Below the pieces are notes generated by a model. That model made no database searches. It saw only the letters and a program-made list of their open reading frames with translations, and had not been told where the DNA came from. Shown piece after piece: positions 9,431-19,747 of a stretch of 64,000 bases of DNA (position 1 is the first letter of the stretch; each line of letters starts with the position of its first letter). Source of the stretch: Candidatus Poribacteria bacterium. Its GTDB lineage: Bacteria; Poribacteria; WGA-4E; WGA-3G. A program made the translations under genes and the position numbers. The stretch lies in NCBI GenBank assembly GCA_963665235.2, contig CAXXLX010000001.1, positions 2,656,001-2,720,000 of the forward strand, read 5' to 3'.

Positions 9431-10276
9431 TTGAAAACTTTGTTCGCCTATATAGAGCTCGCGCGCCCGCTTAACGGACTTATCGCCTTTATTTCCGGAT
9501 GGTTAGGCGGGATGTTCGCAAGCAAACACCCCCTGGAAGACTTGGCTAATCCGAAACTTTTGTTGGTTGCAAGTGCTGCATGGATATTGCTCTCCGCTGG
9601 AAACACAATAAACGACTACTGTGATTACAACATCGATAGGGTCAACAGACCTGAACGTCCCCTCCCCTCCGGACGAATTCCGAAACGAAACGCACCGATT
9701 TTCACTGTAATCCTGCTCGGAATCGGCATTGTCCTCGGTACACTTATCGGTACTTGGGCAATAGTCTTTGCGCTTCTCGTATCTGGTAGTGTCGTCAGTT
9801 ATGCTTTCTATTTGAAACGTGTCCCCTTCATCGGAAATATAGTTGTCAGTGGGTTGACCGGTGTAACCTTCATCGCTGGTGGAATGGCGGTGGATTCGGT
9901 GGAGGGTGCCCTTATTCCGGCGACCTTTGCGTTCCTATTCACAACGGCGCGGGAGATTGTTAAAGACCTTGAGGATACGGAGGGGGACCGGAGGCATAAC
10001 GTTAAAACGCTTGCTATTCTGAACCCGCGGCTTGCAGTCGGAGTAGCGTTGGGGTTCATGGCAGCGGTTATCCTATTTAGTCCTATCCCGTATCTATTTG
10101 GATGGTATTCGTGGTACTATTTTGTGGCAATTGCACTCGGTGTTGACCTTGTGCTTATCGGTTTAGGCATTCGTCTCTGGCGAAACAGCGCAAAGGCGAG
10201 CTGCGCGTCTATACAGTGCTGGATGAAGTGGGACATATTTGTCGGGCTTGGAGCAATCTATCTAGGGACTTTTTAG
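9431..10276 (+). CDS. UbiA prenyltransferase, digeranylgeranylglyceryl-phosphate synthase-like
   Basis: GNTINDYCDYNIDRVNRPERPLPSG and AREIVKDLEDTEGD aspartate motifs; multiple TM segments. Confidence 0.82.
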   Translation: MKTLFAYIELARPLNGLIAFISGWLGGMFASKHPLEDLANPKLLLVASAAWILLSAGNTINDYCDYNIDRVNRPERPLPSGRIPKRNAPIFTVILLGIGIVLGTLIGTWAIVFALLVSGSVVSYAFYLKRVPFIGNIVVSGLTGVTFIAGGMAVDSVEGALIPATFAFLFTTAREIVKDLEDTEGDRRHNVKTLAILNPRLAVGVALGFMAAVILFSPIPYLFGWYSWYYFVAIALGVDLVLIGLGIRLWRNSAKASCASIQCWMKWDIFVGLGAIYLGTF

Positions 10277-10281
10277 CTCGG

Positions 10282-11232
10282 CTACAAAAACTGCTCAATT
10301 TCAGCAGGGGTTGGCAGCGAGGGGATTACACCGACCTTCTGGGTTGCTAACGCCCCGGCAGCATTTGCATACCGCATAATTTCGTCGAGCTCCGCTGTGT
10401 CAAGCGTCTGGAGGGATTCATGGCGTATCAGTTGGGAGAGCATTGCAGCGACGAACGCATCGCCTGCCCCAAGTGTATCAACAACGTCAACGCGGAACCC
10501 CTCGACATGCGCCTCAGCAGTGCCGTTTGTATAGTAGCATCCATGCTCCCCAAGCGTGACGACAAGCAGGGTTATGCCGAGGTCGAGGATACGTTCAACC
10601 CCAGGTGCCAGGGCAGAATCGCCTGTGATAAATTCCCATTCCTCTTCCGATATTTTGACAACGTCAGCATAGTGCATCACTTCCCAAATCCAATGTTTGG
10701 CATCGTCAGCATTGTCCCAGAGCATCAATCGCAAATTGGGGTCGTAGGAGATGAACGCGCCGCCGGCTTTGGCGCACTGAATGGCTTTGAGCGTTGCCTC
10801 ACGAGTCGGTGAATGACTTAAACTAACAGAACCGTAGTGGAAGAGCTCCGCGGCTCGGATATAGTCCGCATCAATTTCGTCCGGTGTGAGTAGAATGTCG
10901 GCTCCTGGGTGTCGATAGAAGGTGATATCCTTCATGCCATCAGAGCGGGTGGCAACGAAGGCTAAGGTGGTCCGAGCCCCTTCTCCCGCGATGAGGTATG
11001 TGGTATCAACGTCGTTCTGTTGAAGGGTTTCTCGGAGAAAGTCGCCAAACGGCTCGGTGCCGACTTTACCGATAAATCCAGCATCTATGCCGAGTTTGGC
11101 TAGGCCAACGGCAACATTCGCGGGCGCGCCACCGGGGGCTTTGACAAATCCGGGGGCTTCTGCCAGTGTTACATCAGGCGTTGTGGAGACAAAATCGATG
11201 AGAAGTTCACCGATACATAAGGCTTTTGGCAT
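10282..11232 (-). CDS. PfkB-family carbohydrate kinase (fructokinase-like)
   Basis: GGAPANVAVGLAKLG, YDPNLR, DTLGAGDAF. Confidence 0.92.
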   Translation of the reverse strand: MPKALCIGELLIDFVSTTPDVTLAEAPGFVKAPGGAPANVAVGLAKLGIDAGFIGKVGTEPFGDFLRETLQQNDVDTTYLIAGEGARTTLAFVATRSDGMKDITFYRHPGADILLTPDEIDADYIRAAELFHYGSVSLSHSPTREATLKAIQCAKAGGAFISYDPNLRLMLWDNADDAKHWIWEVMHYADVVKISEEEWEFITGDSALAPGVERILDLGITLLVVTLGEHGCYYTNGTAEAHVEGFRVDVVDTLGAGDAFVAAMLSQLIRHESLQTLDTAELDEIMRYANAAGALATQKVGVIPSLPTPAEIEQFL

Positions 11233-11298
11233 GACGGTTTATTCCTGTTATAATTTTCAAAAAATAGACGGGTATCACAACGATACCTTTCTCAGCTG

Positions 11299-12366
11299 CT
11301 ACTCACTGACAGGTTGCTTCAACGTTCCCCACGTTACTTTTTTTTTGCCTACGGGTGAGACCCATAGCAAATCATCGTCTATCCAATCTAATAGATTAGT
11401 CGTGCCTAAATGGTCTGTTAGCGGCGTAATCTTCTCTGTCCGAATACGATACTTATAGATTTTGGCAGGTGGAAACACAAAACCGCGCCATAGCGGTTTG
11501 TTCAAGGGAATGTCGACCTGAGCACCGAAAACGATGGATTTACCATCATCCATCCAGTCCATACCGGCTCCTCTCCAGTCCTCCGGTATTTGGAGTTCTC
11601 TGATGTTCTCACCGTTCAAATCACATATCATATACCGAAACGCCCTAAAAAAAGGAAAGTTCCCTTCATTCGGTATTAGCACGCGTTTATACTCTTCTTC
11701 TTGAAACAGTATCTGTTTACCGTCGGGGGACCAGCGCGGTCTCAATCTATGAATCGCGAATTCTTCTTGAATGGGTGCGGGAAGAAGGGGGCGCGGGTTC
11801 CGACCATCTGAACGCATAATCCAGATTGTGCTATTTTTGCTGAATCCTCTCGGTTTTGCGAATACAATATGCTTACCATCTGGCGACCAATTGCATTGGA
11901 TACCCCATTCATCCGATATTTTTCTCATCTTTCCTGTTTTTATATTTAACACGTAGATGCCGACTTCTAACGCGTCGTTTATCAGCATGCTCCTTTTAAA
12001 GACGATATATTTGCCATCCGGTGAAAATGAACCCCCATTGATAGAACCCATTTCATCGTCCTCTATTGGGAGCTGTCGAACGTTCGTGCCATCCGCATTC
12101 ATTAGAAATAGGCCAGCGACTCCCTGCTTGATGCGTCCCTTAAACAGTATCTGTTTACCGTCGGGGGACCAATAAAGGGGGAATGGTCTCGACACTTCGT
12201 TTTCTAAGATAAGTGTCTGGTTGCTGCCATCATCGTCCATAACGTAGATACCATAAACACCAACACCATCGCGTTGTGAGCCAAAAACGATTTTGGCATC
12301 TGCTACTGTTGATAGAAGCAGCAGTCCTATCAGACAAAGCAAACCGACAACTTTTCGTCCAAGCAT
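11299..12366 (-). CDS. Secreted TolB-like (PD40) beta-propeller protein with conserved C-terminal tail
   Basis: Signal peptide, multiple WSPDGK repeats, tail VSPVGKKKVTWGTLK. Confidence 0.85.
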   Translation of the reverse strand: MLGRKVVGLLCLIGLLLLSTVADAKIVFGSQRDGVGVYGIYVMDDDGSNQTLILENEVSRPFPLYWSPDGKQILFKGRIKQGVAGLFLMNADGTNVRQLPIEDDEMGSINGGSFSPDGKYIVFKRSMLINDALEVGIYVLNIKTGKMRKISDEWGIQCNWSPDGKHIVFAKPRGFSKNSTIWIMRSDGRNPRPLLPAPIQEEFAIHRLRPRWSPDGKQILFQEEEYKRVLIPNEGNFPFFRAFRYMICDLNGENIRELQIPEDWRGAGMDWMDDGKSIVFGAQVDIPLNKPLWRGFVFPPAKIYKYRIRTEKITPLTDHLGTTNLLDWIDDDLLWVSPVGKKKVTWGTLKQPVSE

Positions 12367-12422
12367 AGCGAACCTCCTTGAAAAAAATGGCAGGGGAACG
12401 TGTTCCCCGCCGTTACAACAGA

Positions 12423-13292
12423 TTACGGTTTTGGATTGTCTTCATCAGTAAACGTAATAATAAAAGGAACCGAATCCACGTGCCTGTCGTCCTGCCCCGT
12501 TTCGAGGTGGATGTGAGCATTCAAATAATACTCGTCATCCGGGCCGATCGGTCCTCCGACGAAATAATCTGTCATGGAATTGGAGTAGGCATAATAGGTC
12601 GAATCGTATTTCGGATCGCCAGTCCGAATTGTTTTGGAGGGGCCATTACTTATTCGTTTCCACCCAGTGGGTTTGGCCTGTTTGCCGTTTCCATCGTATT
12701 CCGTATGTCGGAACCAGGATTCGCATTGAATGCCTGTATTGGTTGGGTTACTTGCATGGACATACCCATCCATGATGATATTCGTGCCATCAAAGTAATG
12801 GCCTGTGAGTGCTACATAGCCGTAGACACCGGGATGTAGTATTATCCCGTTATTTCCGGTTACAGCGCTGGTAGATATAGGTTTATAGACCGTAAAATTG
12901 TAGGTTTCACTGTCTGCATGTAAAATAACCCGCCCTAGCGGGAAAGCGACTGCTTTTATCTTATACTTTTTGCCTTTTAGGTTGCCGGGTAAATTGGAAA
13001 AACTGAAATAATCTTCGGTTTTGGTACCATCCCCCTCACTTCTACCTTCAAGAACATTGTCAACATACCAGAGGATAAAAGCATATGGTTTATCTGTTCT
13101 GATATAGAAAGTGAAGTACGGATCGCCGTAATCGTATTCTGTGGTTGTTCCGTTGTAAGACCGCAGTTCTTCAATTTCGATCGGTTCCCCGATGGGACCC
13201 AATGCCCCGATGGCATCATTGATACCGACAAAACCTATTAGTAGGAATGCAGCGAATACTACTGCGATTGTAAAGGTCTTATATTTCAACAT
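12423..13292 (-). CDS. Secreted hypothetical beta-rich protein
   Basis: AAGGAG RBS before ATG at 13292; signal peptide MLKYKTFTIAVVFAAFLLIGFVG. Confidence 0.75.
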   Translation of the reverse strand: MLKYKTFTIAVVFAAFLLIGFVGINDAIGALGPIGEPIEIEELRSYNGTTTEYDYGDPYFTFYIRTDKPYAFILWYVDNVLEGRSEGDGTKTEDYFSFSNLPGNLKGKKYKIKAVAFPLGRVILHADSETYNFTVYKPISTSAVTGNNGIILHPGVYGYVALTGHYFDGTNIIMDGYVHASNPTNTGIQCESWFRHTEYDGNGKQAKPTGWKRISNGPSKTIRTGDPKYDSTYYAYSNSMTDYFVGGPIGPDDEYYLNAHIHLETGQDDRHVDSVPFIITFTDEDNPKP

Positions 13293-13463
13293 TTTGCGCT
13301 CCTTTATATTTATCAAATTTTTTCTATTTGCCGTTTGTAACAAGTGAACTATTGTTAATCGGGAGCACCATAGGTTGGAGCACCCTGGCTACCAAATCAA
13401 TATGCTCTAAATAAACGTTGAGGAGAGATTCATCTTGAAAGTATTGTTTTGGTGGTTATTGGT

Positions 13464-13491
13464 ATTATACCTTTTTTGACTTTTTTGTCAA
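13464..13491 (-). promoter_or_regulatory. sigma70-type promoter
   Basis: TTGACA-16 nt-TATAAT on the minus strand, upstream of the 13292 gene. Confidence 0.6.
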
Positions 13492-13537
13492 GATTTTTTT
13501 GTAAATTGTCGAGTTCTTACGGTCTTTCGTCAAAAAG

Positions 13538-13765
13538 TCGCGAGCACAGCTCGCTCCTACAGATTATTATAGTAGAGCCTGTAATTATTTGCACACGCGG
13601 TTGGTATCACGCGGGCTGGGGAACCCAGCCCCTACGAGTAATTATTTAGACCCACGTTGGCATCGCTATCATGGCGTGTTCACATATTTTCAAAATTTAC
13701 TATATATCGCGAGCACAACTCGCTCCTACAGATTATTATATCGCGAGCGAAGCTCGCTCCTACAG
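13538..13765. repeat. Cluster of GTAG-type REPs (GCGAGC-nnn-GCTCGCTCCTAC x3; GGGCTGGGGAACCCAGCCCCTAC)
   Basis: Palindromes ending in CCTAC at ~13540, 13613, 13709 and 13743. Confidence 0.85.
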
Positions 13766-13807
13766 AAGACATGTCACTAGCCCAGATGAACTACGTTATG
13801 AACGGTA

Positions 13808-14887
13808 TCAAAATGTAGTCCGCAAAGTTTGGGCTTTGCCCGTCTCGGCTGAGCGGTACCCTGCATCGAAAATCTCTATGACATGCCGTGCATGTTCGGC
13901 TGTAACGATAGTCGGTTTATCCTCCCGGATCCAGTCAACAAGCTGCATAATGTCTTCGAACACATGCGCTTCCTGAATGCTGCGGTGCGGTCCCACGACG
14001 TGAGGCAGTTCTCTTTTGGGTGCGTGAATCGGTTTTCCGTTGAGGGTACTGCCCTCAATCGCGCCCGCTGTTCCGTGAATTGCTAACCCCCCTTTGATAG
14101 CGTGTCCCGCCGCCGCACCGTAGATGAACCCAAAGAAGGCTTCACCGAAGTCAAGCAAAATAAAGGTGTTGTCGTCCATGTCGCAGGGAAGCATTTCGCC
14201 TCGGAATTCCCGTTCCTTGACGCGCACGCCAGAGAAAGCGGTCACCCGTTTCACGGGGCCAAGGATGCCTGTCATTGTATGCAAACCGTAGACCGTCATG
14301 TCGTAGAGGGGGCCGCCGCCGGGTTTTCGGAAATACCATGCGGGGTTGATGTTTGTGAGGACATCGTCGCCGTGCCGGACCGCTTCGCTTTCGTGATACC
14401 GTCCGAAGGATGCACCGGTGGCTGCCCAGGTCGGTGTCCCAATTGCGCCCTCATTGATAACCCTCCGAATTTCTTGATGAATTGGACGCAACATTTGCCC
14501 GGGGGAGGCGACTAATTTGACTCCCTTCTGTGCTGCGGATTCAATGAGGTCATCGGCTTCAGCGACGGTGGTTGTCATCGTTTTGTTGAAATGTGCATGT
14601 ACGCCGTGTTCAATAGCAAGTTTACCCTGTTCGTAATGGAGTCCGATCGGTGATGCAATGCTGACAGCGTCAACATGCCCATCTGCCAAGAGTGCTTCGT
14701 AAGTTTCGTAGGCGTACGGGACGTTGAATTTTTCAGATGCGGCTTGTGCCCTGCCGGGGACAGGGTCACAGACAGCTGTTACCCGTAACCTATCCTGCAC
14801 GTCGTCCTGTGTGAGGTGCGGAAGGATGCCGCGTACGGCAATGCTCCCGACACCGATAACGCCTATACGTATTTTGTCGGTTGCCAC
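13808..14887 (-). CDS. Gfo/Idh/MocA family oxidoreductase
   Basis: KIRIGVIGVGSIA Rossmann fold, GGGPLYDMTVY. Confidence 0.9.
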   Translation of the reverse strand: MATDKIRIGVIGVGSIAVRGILPHLTQDDVQDRLRVTAVCDPVPGRAQAASEKFNVPYAYETYEALLADGHVDAVSIASPIGLHYEQGKLAIEHGVHAHFNKTMTTTVAEADDLIESAAQKGVKLVASPGQMLRPIHQEIRRVINEGAIGTPTWAATGASFGRYHESEAVRHGDDVLTNINPAWYFRKPGGGPLYDMTVYGLHTMTGILGPVKRVTAFSGVRVKEREFRGEMLPCDMDDNTFILLDFGEAFFGFIYGAAAGHAIKGGLAIHGTAGAIEGSTLNGKPIHAPKRELPHVVGPHRSIQEAHVFEDIMQLVDWIREDKPTIVTAEHARHVIEIFDAGYRSAETGKAQTLRTTF

Positions 14888-14917
14888 AATATTTCCTCCA
14901 AAGGGTCTGAAGATGTA

Positions 14918-15802
14918 TTAGTGCCGCCACGATGTTTCATGTTGCCACCCGACAGCGTTTTTGAGTTTGTCACAATTGATGAAGGATTGATGTCCCTGCA
15001 GCGTTCGGACTTTCGGAAGAAATTCCGGTTTAAAACGTTGAACCAATTCTTGAGAGGGCTCCAACGCGGAGGTATCGTCAGCGTTGAGAAAATAGACATC
15101 GTGCGGGGGTAGTGTATCTGCCTTTTCCATAAGGAGACGATGTGCACTGGCGACATCTTCACTGCCGACCCAACACCAGAGCCACGGTGTCCACCCGTTT
15201 GTCGGTTTTGCGTTTTGTGCCATCTGCGTTCTACGTTCCTCTGGGCAAATTCCAGCGGGCCGAGTGATGTACGTGCGGATACCGTAAGCACGTGTATAAC
15301 TTGCTAATAGGTCTTCACCGCAGCGTTTGGAAAAGCTGTAGGAATCTTCCGGATAGCAGGGATGTTCTTCATCTATAGGCAGATAATCTATCGGTATATG
15401 GGTTTTGCTTATGCGGAATCCGTGTCCTAAGGCGCAATTACTGCCGGACATTACAACCGTTTGAACATCGGCTTCAATTGCTGCTTGCATCAGGTAGTAG
15501 GTGCCGAGCATATTGGTTTTGAAGGTTGCATCGAAGCGGATACCCCGCTCTTCGGCCCCTGCGCGTAAATCTGGGTGGTCGACAGGCCCCGGCTGTGCGC
15601 CGAGGTGTTGTATTGCGTCTACGCCTTCTACAGCGCGTTGGCAGTCCTCAAAATTGTTGAGGTCGCCTTGAATGAATGGCAGGTGTGCAAATTCATCGGG
15701 GGGTTGCCTGCGAGACATCAGCACAAGCGTGTGCTGCGCCGCCAGTTCCCGAATGACAAACGCGCCGAGTCTGCCGCTTGCACCCGTTATTAAAACTTTC
15801 AT
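14918..15802 (-). CDS. NAD-dependent epimerase/dehydratase
   Basis: VLITGASGRLG, YSFSK (YxxxK). Confidence 0.9.
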   Translation of the reverse strand: MKVLITGASGRLGAFVIRELAAQHTLVLMSRRQPPDEFAHLPFIQGDLNNFEDCQRAVEGVDAIQHLGAQPGPVDHPDLRAGAEERGIRFDATFKTNMLGTYYLMQAAIEADVQTVVMSGSNCALGHGFRISKTHIPIDYLPIDEEHPCYPEDSYSFSKRCGEDLLASYTRAYGIRTYITRPAGICPEERRTQMAQNAKPTNGWTPWLWCWVGSEDVASAHRLLMEKADTLPPHDVYFLNADDTSALEPSQELVQRFKPEFLPKVRTLQGHQSFINCDKLKNAVGWQHETSWRH

Positions 15803-15892
15803 GAAAAACCTCCGATTTCAAATCCTGAACAATGGTCATGTTGAATTCAATTGACAGATGTTGCAATATCGTTTATTATTTTGTATGGTTAA

Positions 15893-15998
15893 TGGTTGTT
15901 GGAAACCTATGGAAACCAGAAGTCTCTGACGCGTGTCAAGAACCTGCTTAGAATCACAACATCTTGCTAATAGCCAATAGCCAATAGCCATTTGCTAA
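15893..15998. repeat. Heptamer-flanked dispersed repeat (inverted copy)
   Basis: TTGGAAACCTATGGAAACC...TGACGCGTG...TCTTGCTAATAGCCAATAGCC; relatives at 20704, 34008, 47638 and 49228. Confidence 0.7.
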
Positions 15999-16064
15999 TA
16001 AATATTATACCACTGTTGCAAATTTTGTCAAGCAAATTGAGAAGCACTGGAGGAGAAAACGCTT

Positions 16065-17108
16065 ATGTATAATGCAGATACACATTTTGAGAATTTATAT
16101 GCCACTGTTCCACGGAAATATGAGTTTCAGGAAACGTCACGGGAAGGGTTGCTGGCGTGGCAAGCCAATTTTCGTCCGGAATTGCAAGCGGCCCTCGGTT
16201 TGGATAACATGGAATCTGATCTTGCTGGGTATGTCCCAAAAGCGGACCGGCTGGAGGTCTTGGACCTGGACACCCATATTCGGGAAAGTTGGTATTTGTG
16301 GGTGGAGCCAACGGTGCCGCTGCCGTTCTACCTGCTTCGTCCAAAAGAAATTTCGGGAGCTCAGCCGCTAATTCTTACGCCACATGGGCATAATCATCCG
16401 CATATCTACGTGGGTATTGCGCATTCTGAAAAAGAGGAAAAGGAGATGCTGGAGGGTGAACGCGATATTGCCCGGCAGGCAGCCGTTGAGGAGGGGTATA
16501 TCGCTATCGCGCCAACGACCCGCGCATTCGGTGAAACACGCACAGAAGCCGATAAGAAAAATAGTAGCACACACTCCTGCCGACACCAGTTAGTGCATAG
16601 CTTGCTTGTCGGTCGGACACCTATCGGTGAGCGGGTGTGGGACATGTCACGCCTAATTGATTGGGCATTGGAGAATTTACCGATAGATGGAGAACGGATT
16701 GCGATTACTGGCAATTCTGGGGGCGGCACGGTATCGCTTTTCGCTGCAGCGTGTGAAACCCGCATCGCCGTAGCCGTGCCGAGCTGTTATTTCTGTACGT
16801 TTGAAGGGAGTATCGGCACGCTTCGGCATTGTGAGTGCAATTATGTGCCTGGGGTAATGCGATTAGGTGAGATGTATGATGTTGCAGGCTTAATCGCGCC
16901 GCGTCCATTTTGTGCAATTGCCGGCCGAGATGATCGAATTTTTCCGATTGAGCAGGTCAAATTGGCTTATGAACGGTTGAAGACTATCTACACGGTTGCC
17001 GGTGTTCCAGCGGATTGTGAGCTCTTTATCGGTCAAAGTGGACATCGGTATTACAAAGCGGGGGCATGGCCCTTCGTGCGGCGATATTTTGCCAAACCTG
17101 AAGAGTAA
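16065..17108 (+). CDS. Alpha/beta hydrolase (acetyl-xylan esterase / dienelactone hydrolase-like)
   Basis: GNSGGG nucleophile elbow, LIAPRP...GRDD, GHRY. Confidence 0.85.
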   Translation: MYNADTHFENLYATVPRKYEFQETSREGLLAWQANFRPELQAALGLDNMESDLAGYVPKADRLEVLDLDTHIRESWYLWVEPTVPLPFYLLRPKEISGAQPLILTPHGHNHPHIYVGIAHSEKEEKEMLEGERDIARQAAVEEGYIAIAPTTRAFGETRTEADKKNSSTHSCRHQLVHSLLVGRTPIGERVWDMSRLIDWALENLPIDGERIAITGNSGGGTVSLFAAACETRIAVAVPSCYFCTFEGSIGTLRHCECNYVPGVMRLGEMYDVAGLIAPRPFCAIAGRDDRIFPIEQVKLAYERLKTIYTVAGVPADCELFIGQSGHRYYKAGAWPFVRRYFAKPEE

Positions 17109-17109
17109 G

Positions 17110-17967
17110 CTAACGCAACCGGATTATAGGAATGCCACCAAAGGCGCGCACAACTGTGCCACTACTGATAAATTCGGAGGGTTCGGCAAGGACGTTGATT
17201 TGGACAGGTAACGCTTCACAGGCGCGGAGAATCTGTGGGACAGTGTCAGACAGGACGATGAAAAGCACGTCAAGCCGGTGCGTTTGTACAAGTTGACGTA
17301 CCTCATCAATTCGTCCAAGGTGAACGGTGTCGCTGTGTTGTGTTTCGACTTCAGGCCGGTCAGCAATTATTCCTACCAATTGATATCCGCTGTTTTCATT
17401 GACGTTGAAGCTATGGATGAACGTTTCCATGTGTGCCTCATCATCCTCTGGCGGATTTGCATTGCAAATAAGGGCTACGCGGCTTATGCCGACTCCTATC
17501 GCGTGGATTGCCTGCCGAAAACGGTGCAGGGAAAGCCGCCCTAAGGATATCGAGAAAAGACTCAAAGCGGTAGCAAGAAGCATCACTACACGGGAATAGT
17601 CATCTTGGGGGAAGATGAGAGAGAACGCGCCTAACGTTATAAGGAGCGTGATGCCCGCAGCTTTACAGCGGGACCAGAATGCAGCAGCAGTCGCATAGTC
17701 CTCCGGACGATAACGTTTCAAAGCTAGTAATACCCCAAACCAGATAATTGCCATCAACGGGATAAGTTTGAAATAGATTTCAAGCGAGGGGGTGGTATCG
17801 TCAGGCGATGTGGTTGTTTCAAACCGGAGCCAATATGCCACTAGAGTTGAGGTGGCGATGAAACCGACATCGAATAAAACTGTGAGTGTGATAAGGAGAC
17901 GGTCGAGCGTTTTTGTATTCATTATCCGGGACATCACGATGTTTTTACAATCAAAAGTTGATGACAT
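17110..17967 (-). pseudogene. N-terminal (TM plus CoA-binding-like) portion of a WcaJ-type undecaprenyl-phosphate sugar phosphotransferase; catalytic domain absent
   Basis: D...AYWLRF, YSR, GYQLVGII; ends at GGIPIIRLR*, where the KR..D catalytic domain normally follows. Confidence 0.65.
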
Positions 17968-18042
17968 ATTAGCAGATTTAGGAAGGATTTGTCAAGAAAA
18001 AAAATGGAGGGTCGGGCGCGTGAAGTTTTTGTACTATGATAG

Positions 18043-18250
18043 ATGGAAGGGTGGAAGGGTGGAAGAGTGGAAGAGTGGAAGGGTGGAAGAGTGGAAGGGT
18101 GGAAGAGAGGATTTTGCGTGTGTTGTCAGAATGCACGTCGCATTTGGGGGAGTACGCCGCAAATCGCGGATTATCGCGGATTTCACGAATTTCGCGCGAC
18201 GGGCGATGAATCTCCCTTGAGGAGCGGGAAACCGTTTGCCCGAATACTAA
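18043..18250. repeat. GGAAG(G/A)GT octamer run, conserved block and REP carrying the mini-element
   Basis: Homologous to 2238-2356. Confidence 0.8.
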
Positions 18251-18348
18251 ATGGGTGTGCAAAAATTTTACACACCTCGCGTGTGTTGATAAATTATGGT
18301 TGATGTGGTATGCTATGGCTATCAACTTTTGTAGCGGAGGATTACATT

Positions 18349-19440
18349 ATGGCGAATCAACTGAAGGTAGGAATTGTCGGGGCACATCGGGGGAGCTCTT
18401 ATGTGTCACCTTTCAAAGCAATAGCGGAAACCGATGTGACGGCGTTTTGTGACATCAATGAAACAACACTTCAAAACGTCACGGAACGGTTTAATACCCC
18501 GCAGCAGTTTACAGATTATACGGAAATGCTGGATGCAGTAGACCTTGTCGTGTTAGCAACCCCTGAAAATCTGCACGTACCGCAAGCAATTGAGGCGTTG
18601 GAGGCGGGAAAACATGTCATTAGTGAGGTAACGGCTGCTGTCAAGTTAGCGGAATGTTATGAGCTGGTTCGGGCAGTTCGGAAGTCATCTGCTAAGTATA
18701 CGATGGCTGAAAACACGTGCTATTCTAGGTCAAATGTGCTAATTCGCAGCCTTGTATCGGCAGGCAGGTTCGGAGATGTCTATTTCGGAGAGGGGGAATA
18801 TCTCCACAACGTCAAATCACTCCATCACGATACGGGTGGCAACCCGACGTGGCGTTATTATTGGCAGGTGGGGATTAATCGGTGCAATTATGCAACGCAT
18901 AGCCTCGGCCCTGTGCTGCAGTGGTTCGGTGAACGGGTTGTGAGCGTCTGCTGCCTCGGCACTGGGGTGCACACCGATGCGGAGCATGCGATGGAGGATA
19001 CAGTGATGATGCTGTGTAAAACGGAGAGTGGCGGGTTAATTAAGATACGCATCGATATGCTCTCAAATCGTCCTGCGAATTCCTATTTCAGTCTGCAAGG
19101 GACAAAAGGGTGTTACGAGAGTTCGCGCGGATTCGGCGGCCAACCCAAGATTTGGTTGAGCGAATTTGACTCAGGCGAACAGTGGAGACCCCTCTCCGAA
19201 TTTGAGGCGGATTTTCTGCCGGACCGGTGGAAAAATCCACCGGATGAAGCACAAAATGCTGGGGACCTGGGGGAATATTTTAAGGTGCGGGATTTTGTGG
19301 ATAGCATTCTCACCGATACACCACCCCCGCTTGATGTCTACACAGCGATGGATTTCACGGTGCCGGGGTTGGTTTCGGAGCAGTCTATTGCAAATGGCGG
19401 TGCGCCGGTGGAAGTCCCCGATTTTCGGAAGATTGAATAG
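18349..19440 (+). CDS. Gfo/Idh/MocA family oxidoreductase
   Basis: GGAGG RBS, LKVGIVGA, GKHVISEV, YATHSLGP. Confidence 0.9.
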   Translation: MANQLKVGIVGAHRGSSYVSPFKAIAETDVTAFCDINETTLQNVTERFNTPQQFTDYTEMLDAVDLVVLATPENLHVPQAIEALEAGKHVISEVTAAVKLAECYELVRAVRKSSAKYTMAENTCYSRSNVLIRSLVSAGRFGDVYFGEGEYLHNVKSLHHDTGGNPTWRYYWQVGINRCNYATHSLGPVLQWFGERVVSVCCLGTGVHTDAEHAMEDTVMMLCKTESGGLIKIRIDMLSNRPANSYFSLQGTKGCYESSRGFGGQPKIWLSEFDSGEQWRPLSEFEADFLPDRWKNPPDEAQNAGDLGEYFKVRDFVDSILTDTPPPLDVYTAMDFTVPGLVSEQSIANGGAPVEVPDFRKIE

Positions 19441-19728
19441 AGAGCTGACACCCGAGTGCATTAAGGAGAGTCGTTAGTGTGCTAATCCGGGGTAGGTCGT
19501 CGCTGGTGAGCAATTCCGAAAGCGTTTGTGGAGATGTGTCGGTTTGCTTCGCAAGCTCGGAAATCCCGCCTTGTGATTCTACAACAGTTTGAAGTGCTAG
19601 CAGAAATACAGCAGCGTCCCCGTGGATTTGGTATATTCCAATGCCGCTTGGAGGTATCCGCCTGCCCTACTAGGGTCGGCAGCAAGTCGTTTGATTAAGT
19701 ACTCGCGCCAAGTTCGCAATTTTTTCAT
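19385..19728 (-). pseudogene. Frameshifted addiction-module antidote (HI1420-like HTH antitoxin)
   Basis: MKKLRTWREYLIKRLAADPSRAGGYLQAALE / 1-nt shift at ~19634 / YQIHGDAAVFLLALQTVVESQGGISELAKQT...PRISTLTTLLNALGCQLSIQ. Confidence 0.8.
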
Positions 19729-19747
19729 CTTTTAGAATAAATGTTTT

